Assembly: GCA_964401135.1 (NCBI GenBank)
Contig: CAYNXC010000003.1
Span: 8,848-72,847, forward strand
DNA: 64,000 nucleotides
Direction: 5' to 3'
From: an uncultured Candidatus Saccharibacteria bacterium
GTDB lineage: Bacteria; Patescibacteriota; Minisyncoccia; Phycocordibacterales; UBA9988
The notes beneath the pieces were generated by a model. The model saw nothing but the letters and a program-made list of their open reading frames with translations, was not told where the DNA came from and did not search any database. A program made the translations under genes and the position numbers. This document shows, one piece after another, positions 47,727-56,892 of the stretch (positions are counted from its first letter, which is position 1; every line of letters starts with the position of its first letter).

Positions 47727-48833
47727 TTATTGATGATTGATCTGATAACGCGAGACATTGAGTACAATGCCGATGCCAAGGAGTGAGAAAAAGAGTGCAG
47801 TACCGCCGTGGCTCACAAAGGTGAGAGGGACCCCAGTCAGCGGAATAACACCTAGCATCGCTGAGATGTTGATAAAGGTACCTGCCGTCACCATCACCAC
47901 AATCCCCACCACCAGGAGTCGACTAAAGGCGTCAGGCGCTCGCGAGGCAATTTTTAATCCCCAAAGACCAAAGAGGAGAAAAAGGAGGACGAGCACCACG
48001 GAGCCGATGAATCCAAGTTCTTCCCCTACCACAGCAAAGACCGAGTCGCCGATGGACTCTGGCAGGTAATTAAATTTTTGTATACTCTGACCGTAACCAC
48101 GCCCCAATATCCCACCAGAGCCGATAGCAATGAGTGATTGATTGATCTGATAGGAGGCTCCACGCACATCGTGCGAAGGATTGATAAAGGTGAGTACCCG
48201 ATCTCTCACATAGGGACGAAAGAGACACAGGGCACCAAGCCCCACCAGAGCTACAAGGAAGAGGTAGAAGAGGTGTAACCACCTACCCCCTGCCACAACA
48301 AACATGGCAATACTCGTAACAAAGATAATCATAAAGGTACCCGTATCCGGCTGCTTGAGCAGTATCACTCCGAGAAGCGATATCATCAAAAGGTACGGAA
48401 GAAGACCAAGTTGAAAGGTCTTAATACGATCACGAGAGATAACAAGCCACGATGCAAAATACACAATAAAACTCAATTTCAACATCTCTGATGGCTGTAA
48501 TGAATATGGGCCAATAGAGAGCCAGCGTCGTGCCCCATTAAACGAGAAGCCAATATGTGGGAGAAATACAGCAAGAGTCAATCCTATAGCAGCGAGAAAG
48601 ATATGGATCGCATAGCTCCTCCATATTTTGAAAGGTATGAGCGAGGCAATAAAAAATGTGACGAGGCCAGACAACAGACTTACAAACTGCGACTTATCAA
48701 AAGGGAGATACCATCTACCATTCTCCCCTAAGGTAGAGAGTGATGCAGAAGAAGAAAGGAGAAACCCACCCAACACGAGGGTGAGTGCTAAACTTAAAAA
48801 AATAAAATCAATACGACGGTGGGTATTCTTCAT
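47727..48833 (-). CDS. ftsW: SEDS peptidoglycan polymerase FtsW
   Basis: GARRW, QPSE, QPDTGT, YQINQS, PLTGVPLTFVSHGG. Confidence 0.93.
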   Translation of the reverse strand: MKNTHRRIDFIFLSLALTLVLGGFLLSSSASLSTLGENGRWYLPFDKSQFVSLLSGLVTFFIASLIPFKIWRSYAIHIFLAAIGLTLAVFLPHIGFSFNGARRWLSIGPYSLQPSEMLKLSFIVYFASWLVISRDRIKTFQLGLLPYLLMISLLGVILLKQPDTGTFMIIFVTSIAMFVVAGGRWLHLFYLFLVALVGLGALCLFRPYVRDRVLTFINPSHDVRGASYQINQSLIAIGSGGILGRGYGQSIQKFNYLPESIGDSVFAVVGEELGFIGSVVLVLLFLLFGLWGLKIASRAPDAFSRLLVVGIVVMVTAGTFINISAMLGVIPLTGVPLTFVSHGGTALFFSLLGIGIVLNVSRYQINHQ

Positions 48834-49885
48834 TTTCCTATTATTGCTATGACCATACCAATTATCGCCATCATAATTCCGATTACCCAGTAGCGCATCA
48901 CCACCTTATACGAGGGCCAGCCAATAGCCTCAAAGTGGTGATGGAGCGGAGCAACCTGGAACACTTTTTTCCCACGAAATCGTTTTGAGAGTAATTGAAT
49001 GATCACTGAGCAAGAAGTAATGAAGAGTGGGAATGCAATGATGGGGAGGACAAGCACAGAATCGGTCAAGAAGGCAACGACTGTGAGTGTCGTGGTCAAC
49101 CCTAAGATCCCAGTCTCTGACATATAGAAACGCGCGGGAGGAATATTGAACCAGAGAAAAGCGAATATGCCACCCAAGAGCACTGAACAGAAAGCTGCCA
49201 GATCAATCTGATTTTGGAGAAATGCAATACCAGCAAATGAAGAGAAAATAGCCGCCATAACTCCTCCAGCAAGTCCGTCTAATCCATCAATGACGCTAGA
49301 AGAAAAGAGAGCGAGCATGATAGCGATGAAAAAAGGAATAAAGAGTATACCCAGAGAGAAGTCTCCATAAAAAGGAACATGAACCGAGTCCACACCGAGA
49401 CGAGCGTAAAACCACCAGCCCCCAGCAAGCCCTAGTAAAATCACCACAGAGAGGCGCTTCCAAAAAGAGAGCCCCCCCACATAGGTTCCTCCCCCATCGC
49501 GCACCTGCGTCCAATCGTCAATGAGGCCAACCAAGGAAGCAACGATAAGGGTAAAGAGTGGGAGCCAAGTCTGATTACGAGAGAGAAAATCTAGCTTCTG
49601 TGTAATCTCGTTAGGAAAGATCATAGAGAGGAGCCAGACAGCGCCAATTGTAATGAGTGTGGAGAGCCAAATAATCGCACCTCCCATACGCGGCGTGCCC
49701 ACCTCCTTCTCTCTATGAAGACTGTCAAAAATAGGAGTTGCCGAGCCGTCAGGAGCTAACTTCCCAGGGCGCTTTTTCCACATCCGATATTTATAGAGGT
49801 AGTAGGTCAGTGCTGGCGTTATAAGTATGCCAACCATAAAGGCGATGGAGCTCGGAGCAAACACTTTTAAAACATTGAGCATCAT
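48830..49885 (-). CDS. mraY: Phospho-MurNAc-pentapeptide transferase
   Basis: GTPRMGG, GLIDD, DGLDGLA, WFNIPPA, APLHHHFE. Confidence 0.95.
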   Translation of the reverse strand: MMLNVLKVFAPSSIAFMVGILITPALTYYLYKYRMWKKRPGKLAPDGSATPIFDSLHREKEVGTPRMGGAIIWLSTLITIGAVWLLSMIFPNEITQKLDFLSRNQTWLPLFTLIVASLVGLIDDWTQVRDGGGTYVGGLSFWKRLSVVILLGLAGGWWFYARLGVDSVHVPFYGDFSLGILFIPFFIAIMLALFSSSVIDGLDGLAGGVMAAIFSSFAGIAFLQNQIDLAAFCSVLLGGIFAFLWFNIPPARFYMSETGILGLTTTLTVVAFLTDSVLVLPIIAFPLFITSCSVIIQLLSKRFRGKKVFQVAPLHHHFEAIGWPSYKVVMRYWVIGIMMAIIGMVIAIIGK

Positions 49886-50871
49886 AATGCTAAGCTTTTA
49901 TGATAATAAGCTTCGCTCGCACGCACGAGCGCGGCAACATCAGAAAAGCGTCCATCTTGCGTGGAGCCAAGTACAACCACGACAACTGGTTGTGCTAGTC
50001 CACGATCAAAGACTACCGCCAGATTTCCTCCAGCTAGATCAGTGAAGCCAGTCTTTGATGCGATCAGTCCGGGGATCGTGTTCACCAACTCGTTAGTGTT
50101 TACGGCGAGCGCTGCCGCCCCTTGCTCACTCCTCACTGTGTAGGAAGCATGTTTTGAGTACTCTACCACTGGCAAGTACCTACGCACTGTATAGGCGAAC
50201 AGTTGCGCGAAATCTCTAGCGGATCCATAGGAGCCCCCTTGCGTACCCGAGACATCAAGTCCGGTGGGGTTTGCAAAAAAAGTTTCAGTGAGTCCAATCC
50301 GTCGAGCTTTTTCATTCATGAGAGAGACAATATCACGAGATAGTTTGAGCTCCACACTCTCAGCAAGAGCCTCGGCTCCATCGTTAGATGAAGCAATAAG
50401 TGTGAGTGCCACGAGATCAGTGGCGGACCATACATCTCCCACATGTAGTCCACTATCCCCTTCTGGAGTGAGCATCGCTTCAGTTATGACGACCTTTGCA
50501 TCCGGATCAAGCGAATCTACAGCAACTAATGCAGTCATTATCTTTGTGAGTGATGCGAGCGGAAGCTGTGTACGAGCATTTTTCTCAAAGAGCACCGTAT
50601 CTGTAGAGAGATCAATCACGAAAGCGGCATGCCCGGTGATAGAGATATCGGAGAAAACATTTGGGTTTGTTTTTTCTCCTTGGGATGCCACCGCCGCTTG
50701 CATATCCGACGGAGAATTGCTCGTCCGGAGGGGAAAATGCATCCATGCAGGCATGTCAAGTGCGGTAGAGGCAAGTGCAAGAAGTACAAAGACAATGAGG
50801 CCTGCGGTGCCTGCGACAAGCAAACGCTCTTTCCTTTCTCCTCTTTCTATCATTGTCTCTTTATCATCCAT
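49882..50871 (-). CDS. D-alanyl-D-alanine carboxypeptidase (S11)
   Basis: ASLTK, SSND, NPTGLD, KTGFTDLAG. Confidence 0.92.
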   Translation of the reverse strand: MDDKETMIERGERKERLLVAGTAGLIVFVLLALASTALDMPAWMHFPLRTSNSPSDMQAAVASQGEKTNPNVFSDISITGHAAFVIDLSTDTVLFEKNARTQLPLASLTKIMTALVAVDSLDPDAKVVITEAMLTPEGDSGLHVGDVWSATDLVALTLIASSNDGAEALAESVELKLSRDIVSLMNEKARRIGLTETFFANPTGLDVSGTQGGSYGSARDFAQLFAYTVRRYLPVVEYSKHASYTVRSEQGAAALAVNTNELVNTIPGLIASKTGFTDLAGGNLAVVFDRGLAQPVVVVVLGSTQDGRFSDVAALVRASEAYYHKSLAL

Positions 50872-51382
50872 GCTGTTGTAGAGCGTCTATCTCACTCATA
50901 ATACGCTCCCGTTCAGGGAGTTCATCTACGCTAGTGAGACCTAGCTCGGCAAGTAATCCTGCTGTTGTACGATACATGAATGACTTCCCATCAGGGACCC
51001 TTTCCACTAATCCACGGATGAGGAGTGATCGTAAGACATACTGTGAGTTCACTCCTCGGATGTAGTCAATATCCGTCTTCGTCACCGGACCGCGGTAGAG
51101 GATGATGGAAAGTGTCTCCAATCCAGCCCTCCCAATGTCGTGAGACAGCTCATCTTTTGTAATACGCGCAATAAGTTCAGATACTTCAGGGGCAGTGACG
51201 AGCGCAAGACTCTCGTTAGTCTCCAACAACTGTAATCCCCGTCCAGTGAGATGCTCCCGTAACTGTAACACTGCACTATGAAGCTCGGCTTCACTGACTG
51301 AGAGAAGTGAAGCAAGCTGAGTGCGTGCCACTGGTTCCCCCTTCCAAAACAAGACCGCCTCGATGGCGCGCTCTGTATCCAT
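50864..51382 (-). CDS. scpB: SMC-Scp complex subunit ScpB
   Basis: IEAVLF, LETLSIILYRGPVT, IRGVNS. Confidence 0.94.
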   Translation of the reverse strand: MDTERAIEAVLFWKGEPVARTQLASLLSVSEAELHSAVLQLREHLTGRGLQLLETNESLALVTAPEVSELIARITKDELSHDIGRAGLETLSIILYRGPVTKTDIDYIRGVNSQYVLRSLLIRGLVERVPDGKSFMYRTTAGLLAELGLTSVDELPERERIMSEIDALQQHG

Positions 51383-51423
51383 GGCTCACATTCTACCATG
51401 GCTCCATCACAGTCGGAATACCT

Positions 51424-51446
51424 TGACTGGAGTTAAACTCCAGTCA
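51424..51446. repeat. 10-bp perfect inverted repeat between scpA and scpB
   Basis: TGACTGGAGT-taa-ACTCCAGTCA. Confidence 0.7.
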
Positions 51447-51499
51447 TTAATTTTTAGGTACGCGCAGGGTAAATAAGTCACCCGGAGGATTTTTATTTT

Positions 51500-52228
51500 T
51501 TATAAATAGCGCGGAGTGTCCAAGTCTTGCGACTCCATATGGATGTCTTTAAAGTGTTCCTCTTGGCGGACGGCAATAGTCCCCTGTTTGACGAGTTCCA
51601 ACATACCGAGAAAGCTGACAATGACTTCTACTTTCTCTTTCTTGTCTCCAACAAAATCATTAAAGGAGAGTGAGAAAGCATGCTTCACTCGTTGCAAGAG
51701 AGAGCCGATCACTTCTTCCATTGAAATGATTTTTCTTATCACCACCTTACTCAACTGCTCTTGCTTAGGAAAAGAGACGAGCAACGCTTTCAACGCCTCA
51801 AGGAGTCGTGGAAGTGTCGCGTCTGGAGAGAGTGAGAAGACTGGAGTGCGAGGAGGCGCATTGAGCGGCAGGTAGAGCGGAGTGGTGCCAAAACGCTTTT
51901 CAAGAATGAGTGCCCCCTCGCGTACAAGTGCAAGCTCCTGGAGTCTCCGCTCGAGTGATTCTACACTCTCCGACTCCTCTTCTGTGAGTTGTAAACCGGG
52001 AAGGAGCGAGACGGACTTAATGAGCATAAGCGTCGAAGCCGTCACAAGAAATTCCGCCGCCTCATCCTTGGGGAGCTCCCCTACATCCCTCAGATAGTTA
52101 AGAAAATTTTCAGAGACCTCAGCAAGAGACACGTCGCTAATGTGGAGCTTCCGCTTTTCAACCAAGTCCAAGAGTAGATCCAAGGGACCGGAAAAGCGTT
52201 CAGTCTGAAGAGTGAAGGACTGGCTCAT
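51500..52228 (-). CDS. scpA: Segregation/condensation protein ScpA
   Basis: FSGPLDLLL, IKSVSLLP, SFLGMLELVKQG. Confidence 0.94.
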   Translation of the reverse strand: MSQSFTLQTERFSGPLDLLLDLVEKRKLHISDVSLAEVSENFLNYLRDVGELPKDEAAEFLVTASTLMLIKSVSLLPGLQLTEEESESVESLERRLQELALVREGALILEKRFGTTPLYLPLNAPPRTPVFSLSPDATLPRLLEALKALLVSFPKQEQLSKVVIRKIISMEEVIGSLLQRVKHAFSLSFNDFVGDKKEKVEVIVSFLGMLELVKQGTIAVRQEEHFKDIHMESQDLDTPRYL

Positions 52229-52899
52229 AGCACATTTTCCTGTTCAATCCGAGCAATATCTTCAGGGCTATTTACCTGATGCCAACATACTAGCTCATGA
52301 GCAATGATATGTTCTTCTTGTGCAAGGAGGGCGACGGTCTGTGGCAAGCCATACTCCCCACTCAAGGGAAGAAACACAGGATCAAGAGAAAAGATTTTTT
52401 TATTAAGCGTGAAAGTATTAGTCCCAATACAGATAGGTGATCCGATACTAGGACGAGTAAATCCTAAAAAAACTCCATCGTTGATAGTTGCGGCGAGTAT
52501 TTTTTCTTGAGCAATACCGCGTGCGTAGCCGAAAGCGAGTTCAGTCTGAGTAAATTGATCCAATTCTTTTTTATCGTAAAGATCATCTCCGTTGAGTACT
52601 AAAAAATACCCATCTGCAAGCAGTGACTTGGCCGACCACAGTGCTCCAGCAGTCCCTTTCATATCTCCTTGCACTACATAGTGGATTGGTATCCCTTTAT
52701 AATCTTCCCCTAAACGGGAACGCAGATCATCCCTGCGGTAACCAACGACAATAAGGATCCTTCGTATTGCATTAGGGAGGGCGTCAAGCACATGGAGAAT
52801 GAGCGCCTTTCCCAATATAGGAATTAAGGGCTTCGGAAGAGATTCTGTGAGTGGGCGCATACGCGTCCCCTCACCGCCTGCCAGTATCAGTGCATCCAT
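52225..52899 (-). CDS. Sugar-phosphate nucleotidyltransferase (GlmU N-domain-like)
   Basis: ILAGGEGTRMRPLT..PKPL, GTAGAL, LNGDD. Confidence 0.88.
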   Translation of the reverse strand: MDALILAGGEGTRMRPLTESLPKPLIPILGKALILHVLDALPNAIRRILIVVGYRRDDLRSRLGEDYKGIPIHYVVQGDMKGTAGALWSAKSLLADGYFLVLNGDDLYDKKELDQFTQTELAFGYARGIAQEKILAATINDGVFLGFTRPSIGSPICIGTNTFTLNKKIFSLDPVFLPLSGEYGLPQTVALLAQEEHIIAHELVCWHQVNSPEDIARIEQENVL

Positions 52900-52912
52900 C
52901 CTGCTAGTATAC

Positions 52913-52943
52913 AAGAAAACAGACCTCTCTAGGAGAGGTCTGT
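52913..52943 (-). terminator. Intrinsic terminator overlapping the NUDIX stop codon
   Basis: ACAGACCTCTC-tag-GAGAGGTCTGT; U-rich tail on the minus strand. Confidence 0.75.
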
Positions 52944-53396
52944 CGCGAGTGCCTCCAGCGGGGGCATGGTAAGTGAATGTGCGAGAGGAGGACCTCCTGG
53001 AGCACGATATAGAGCCCATTTGATAAGCTTGAACTGAGCTGGGTAGAAATCCCCTTCAGTAGAATTGATCTCTTCTGGGGTAAACCATTTTCGTTCAGCA
53101 ATCTCACCATCCATATTCTCTGTAGCCAAGCTCCCATCTGAGCAGAGCGCACGGAGTAATACAACATGTCCGCGCGTCTTAAGGAGAGTAAAGAGCCCAA
53201 TCATCTTTACTTCTAAAAGATTGAGACCGGTCTCCTCTTGTAATTCACGCCGAGCGGCTCCATATAACGATTCTCCTTTTTCTACCTTCCCACCAGGGAG
53301 AGACCATTTTTCTTGTCCGTACGAATGACGGACACAGAGTATCCTCCCCTGTTCATCTGCAAGATAAACAAAAACACCGGGTGCTGTTTGCTCCAC
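52929..53396 (-). CDS. NUDIX hydrolase
   Basis: Nudix box GGKVEKGESLYGAARRELQEETG; GTG start with AAGGAGGTG SD. Confidence 0.9.
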   Translation of the reverse strand: MEQTAPGVFVYLADEQGRILCVRHSYGQEKWSLPGGKVEKGESLYGAARRELQEETGLNLLEVKMIGLFTLLKTRGHVVLLRALCSDGSLATENMDGEIAERKWFTPEEINSTEGDFYPAQFKLIKWALYRAPGGPPLAHSLTMPPLEALATDLS

Positions 53397-53403
53397 TATC
53401 CAT

Positions 53404-53462
53404 CACCTCCTTTATAGAGTACATCTAAGAGAGAGTGTAACAGACTATTCATATCTAGTCAA
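53404..53462 (-). promoter_or_regulatory. Promoter, boxA-like motif and SD of the NUDIX gene
   Basis: TTGACT(53462-53457)-17nt-TACACT(53439-53434); TGTACTCTATAA(53423-53412); AAGGAGGTG(53412-53404). Confidence 0.7.
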
Positions 53463-54791
53463 CTACTCCGCCAGACGAGTATCTATGCGGTTTAAGTCGC
53501 GGGGAAAGAGCGTTGCCTCCTTCACATTCTCTATGCCGAGTAGTTTTGAGGTAAGACGCTCAAGTCCAAGGCCAAAGCCTCCGTGCGGAGGCATGCCATA
53601 CTTAAAGGCTTGTAGATAGAAGCGAAACTTCTCTGGGTCCAGCCCCCGCTTGCTCATCTCGGCAACAAGGTCATCATACTCATGGATGCGCTGACCGCCC
53701 GTGGTGATCTCCACCCCGCGGAAGAGAAGGTCAAAGCCGGCAGCATAACCTGGATTTTCTGGATCACCGTAGGTGTACATAGGGCGCTTAGAGAGTGGGA
53801 AATGTGTGATAAAAATAAATTCTGAGTCGAATGTTTTTTGCGAGTACTCACAAAGCCAGCGTTCGTGTGCTGGATCTAAGTCCGGCTCTTTGGTACAGTC
53901 CTCTCCCGTCTCTTTACTAATCAAGGCTTGTGCCTCTCGTAAAGTGAGAGCAGGTATCTCCTTTGGGACAGTGGGAAGTGTCGCCCCAAGTAAAACAAGT
54001 TCTCGTGGAGCACGCTGTACTAAGAGTGGCACCATGAAGAGGAGGAGCTCATTCTCCATCCGCATCACATCTCTAAAGCTCTCTATAAAGCCCATCTCTA
54101 TATCCAGACTGGTGTACTCGTTTAAGTGCCGTGTTGTGGCATGTTTCTCGGCACGGTACACATTCCCTGTGGCAAAGACGCGCTCAAACACTCCAACCAT
54201 AATCTGCTTGTAGAACTGCGGACTCTGCGCGAGATGCGCCGTATGTTTGAAGTACTCCACATTAAAAGAGTTTGCCCCTCCCTCGGCATCATCCCCGATC
54301 AGCTTGGGTGCCTGTATCTCAACGAAGTGTTTTTGAATAAAAAATTCACGGAAGAGCTGAATGAGGATTGCTTGTAGACGAAAGATTGCTTGGCGCTTCT
54401 CCGTGCGTAGGGTAAGCGGTAAGTAGTCAAAGATAGTATCAATGTTTAGGTCTGCATCTTTTTCAAAAGGGAGCTCTTTTGCAGAGCCAAGTACTCGGAG
54501 ATTTTTTACCTCCACCTCAATATCCCCATTCAGTCCCTCTTTTACCATCTTTTCTGGTCGTCTATTCACTACGCCTTCGACGCGCACCACCCACTCAGGG
54601 CGTACCGTCTCTGCCACTCCGTGTGCTTCAGCGTTATTAGGGAGCACCACCATCTGCACAGAACCACTCGCGTCACGCAGGTCGATAAAAATAAGCTTGC
54701 CGTGATCACGGCGCACATCAATCCAACCGGCAATAGCGACCTCCTCCCCCACCTTTGTGCCCAAGTCCTTAATGTATACTCTGTCTTTCAT
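53463..54791 (-). CDS. aspS: Aspartate--tRNA ligase, short archaeal-type (probably non-discriminating)
   Basis: 442 aa; LAQSPQFYKQ, RAEKHATTRHLNEY, GGQRIH, YGMPPHGGFGLGLERL. Confidence 0.92.
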   Translation of the reverse strand: MKDRVYIKDLGTKVGEEVAIAGWIDVRRDHGKLIFIDLRDASGSVQMVVLPNNAEAHGVAETVRPEWVVRVEGVVNRRPEKMVKEGLNGDIEVEVKNLRVLGSAKELPFEKDADLNIDTIFDYLPLTLRTEKRQAIFRLQAILIQLFREFFIQKHFVEIQAPKLIGDDAEGGANSFNVEYFKHTAHLAQSPQFYKQIMVGVFERVFATGNVYRAEKHATTRHLNEYTSLDIEMGFIESFRDVMRMENELLLFMVPLLVQRAPRELVLLGATLPTVPKEIPALTLREAQALISKETGEDCTKEPDLDPAHERWLCEYSQKTFDSEFIFITHFPLSKRPMYTYGDPENPGYAAGFDLLFRGVEITTGGQRIHEYDDLVAEMSKRGLDPEKFRFYLQAFKYGMPPHGGFGLGLERLTSKLLGIENVKEATLFPRDLNRIDTRLAE

Positions 54792-54792
54792 A

Positions 54793-55773
54793 TTAGCGAG
54801 TTACTCCAATGCGCTCTCGAACGAGAGACATTTTCCCCTCTGCGCGAGCGCGTGCCCTCTCTCCTCCATCGGCTAGAATACCGTATACATCAGAACGATT
54901 CTCGGCAAGTTCACGGCGATACTCGCGTAGTGGCGTTATAAATTTTTTTATACTCTCAACAAGTTGCTCTTTCGCCTCCCTGTAACCTATACCACCTTCG
55001 CGGTAACGCTGTTCTAGCTCGGCAAGTTTATCTGCCTCGCTCACCAGCCGATGAAGTGCAAAGACGGTGCAGGAATCGGGATCCTTTACCTCTTCTACTC
55101 CCTTAGAGTCAGTGGTAATCCCCATCACCAATCTTTCAATCTCGTCATCTTCTGCAAAGAGCGGTATGGTATTGTTATAGCTCTTGCTCATCTTACGCCC
55201 ATCCGTACCGGGAACGATCCCTGCCGATGAGAAGATGAGCGGCTCAGGCAAAGTAAAGGTCTCACCAAAAATACGATTAAACTTTTCTGCGGTATCGCGC
55301 GTAATTTCAATATGCTGTTTTTGATCTTGCCCCACTGGGACTACTTGCGCATCAAAGAGGAGAATATCTGCCGCCATGAGCATAGGATAATTAAAGATGC
55401 CCACATTGATCTCTCTGTTGCGTGCCTCGGCGTCTTTAAAGGCGTGTGCACGCATCAAGTACGGCATGGTGATAAGACAATCAAAAATCCACGCGAGTTC
55501 AGTAGCCAGCCGTACCGACGACTGCGTGTAGAGAGTTACTTTGCTCGGGTCAAGGCCAATGGCGAGGTAGTCCAGCGCAATATCAATGGAGTTAGACTCC
55601 ATCTCCTCTCTATCTTGCACTGTCGTGAGTGCATGGTAGTCAGCAATGAAGATGTAAGCGTCGTACTCGTTTTGCAATTCCACAAACTGATGCATCGCGC
55701 CAAAGTAGTTACCAATATGTGGTCTACCTGTGGGCTTCACGCCAGAGAGGAGCACCTTTTCTCTCGTATGCAT
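54793..55773 (-). CDS. trpS: Tryptophan--tRNA ligase
   Basis: KPTGRPHIGNY, YPMLMAADIL, VPVGQDQKQH, KMSKSY. Confidence 0.97.
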   Translation of the reverse strand: MHTREKVLLSGVKPTGRPHIGNYFGAMHQFVELQNEYDAYIFIADYHALTTVQDREEMESNSIDIALDYLAIGLDPSKVTLYTQSSVRLATELAWIFDCLITMPYLMRAHAFKDAEARNREINVGIFNYPMLMAADILLFDAQVVPVGQDQKQHIEITRDTAEKFNRIFGETFTLPEPLIFSSAGIVPGTDGRKMSKSYNNTIPLFAEDDEIERLVMGITTDSKGVEEVKDPDSCTVFALHRLVSEADKLAELEQRYREGGIGYREAKEQLVESIKKFITPLREYRRELAENRSDVYGILADGGERARARAEGKMSLVRERIGVTR

Positions 55774-55830
55774 AGGCGTATCATAGCACTCGGCGTAGGG
55801 GAAGTAAAAATCCCCAGTCCGAGCCCCTGT

Positions 55831-56889
55831 CTATATCCCCTCTTCTCGAAGTTTCTCAACGAGTTCTTTTGCTTTTTTAGAAAGTCTTTGTGGAGTGCGA
55901 GTGATGATGCGAACAAGCAGATCTCCGCGCTTACCTGATGCGTAAGGGACACCTTTATTACGGATGCGTAGCATCTCTCCGTACGAGACACCAGCGGGGA
56001 TACCGACAGTCACTTCTCCATCCAAAGTATGGATGCGGTAATCAGCGCCAAGGAGCGCATCAGAAAGTTTTACATCCAAGTCCATGAGCATATGGTTGCC
56101 CTCGCGACGGAACTGCGGGTGCCGCTCCACATGTACTTTGATGTAGAGGTCGCCAGAGAGACCCTTCGCGACCGCTTCACCCCTCCCCGAGAGTCGTATC
56201 ATCTCACCATCCTGTATCCCCTGTGGGATACTCACAGACACCTCTTCCGTCTTCTTAAGCACGCCGTGACCACTACAGGTGCTACACGGGTGTGTGGGGA
56301 CTTTACCACTCCCACCACAAGCACTACACTCGCGGACGGAACTGAAAGAGCCTAGAAAAGATCGTTTAGTCTCGTGAATGCGTCCTTTGCCACCACAGGT
56401 CTTGCACTCTACTTCACTACTCCCCGCCCCAGCACCGCTCCCGCCACAAGTGTCACAGGATCCCACCTTGGAGATAAGGACCGTGCGCTGTGCGCCAAAG
56501 ATAGATTCTGCAAAAGTAATTTGTATATCAACAGAGATGTCACGACCACGACGTTGTCCTCTTTGTGATGCACCAGAGAAGAGGTCGTTGAAGAGGTCAC
56601 CGAGATCTACACCGCCAGAAAAATTACTAAAGTCAAAGCCTTGGAAACCGTCAAAACCGCCTCCACCACCTTGGAAGGTGGAGCCGTAGGTGTCGTACTC
56701 GGCGCGACGCTTGTCGTCAGAGAGGATATGGTAGGCCTCATTGAGCTCCTTAAACTTCGCCTCATCTCCACCCTTCTTATCTGGATGGTACTTGTGCGCA
56801 AGTTTATGGAAGGCTTTTTTAATATCCTCCTTTGAGGCGTTCTTACTGACGCCAAGTATCTCGTAGTAATCTTTCTTGTTGGTCGCCAT
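55831..56889 (-). CDS. dnaJ: Chaperone DnaJ
   Basis: [11 protein letters not shown], four CxxCxGxG repeats. Confidence 0.97.
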   Translation of the reverse strand: MATNKKDYYEILGVSKNASKEDIKKAFHKLAHKYHPDKKGGDEAKFKELNEAYHILSDDKRRAEYDTYGSTFQGGGGGFDGFQGFDFSNFSGGVDLGDLFNDLFSGASQRGQRRGRDISVDIQITFAESIFGAQRTVLISKVGSCDTCGGSGAGAGSSEVECKTCGGKGRIHETKRSFLGSFSSVRECSACGGSGKVPTHPCSTCSGHGVLKKTEEVSVSIPQGIQDGEMIRLSGRGEAVAKGLSGDLYIKVHVERHPQFRREGNHMLMDLDVKLSDALLGADYRIHTLDGEVTVGIPAGVSYGEMLRIRNKGVPYASGKRGDLLVRIITRTPQRLSKKAKELVEKLREEGI

Positions 56890-56892
56890 AGC

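Noticed and set aside
55783-55790. TAGCACTC half-CIRCE near the dnaK operon
   Set aside because: No matching second arm, it lies downstream of dnaJ within the trpS promoter region, and there is no CIRCE before grpE
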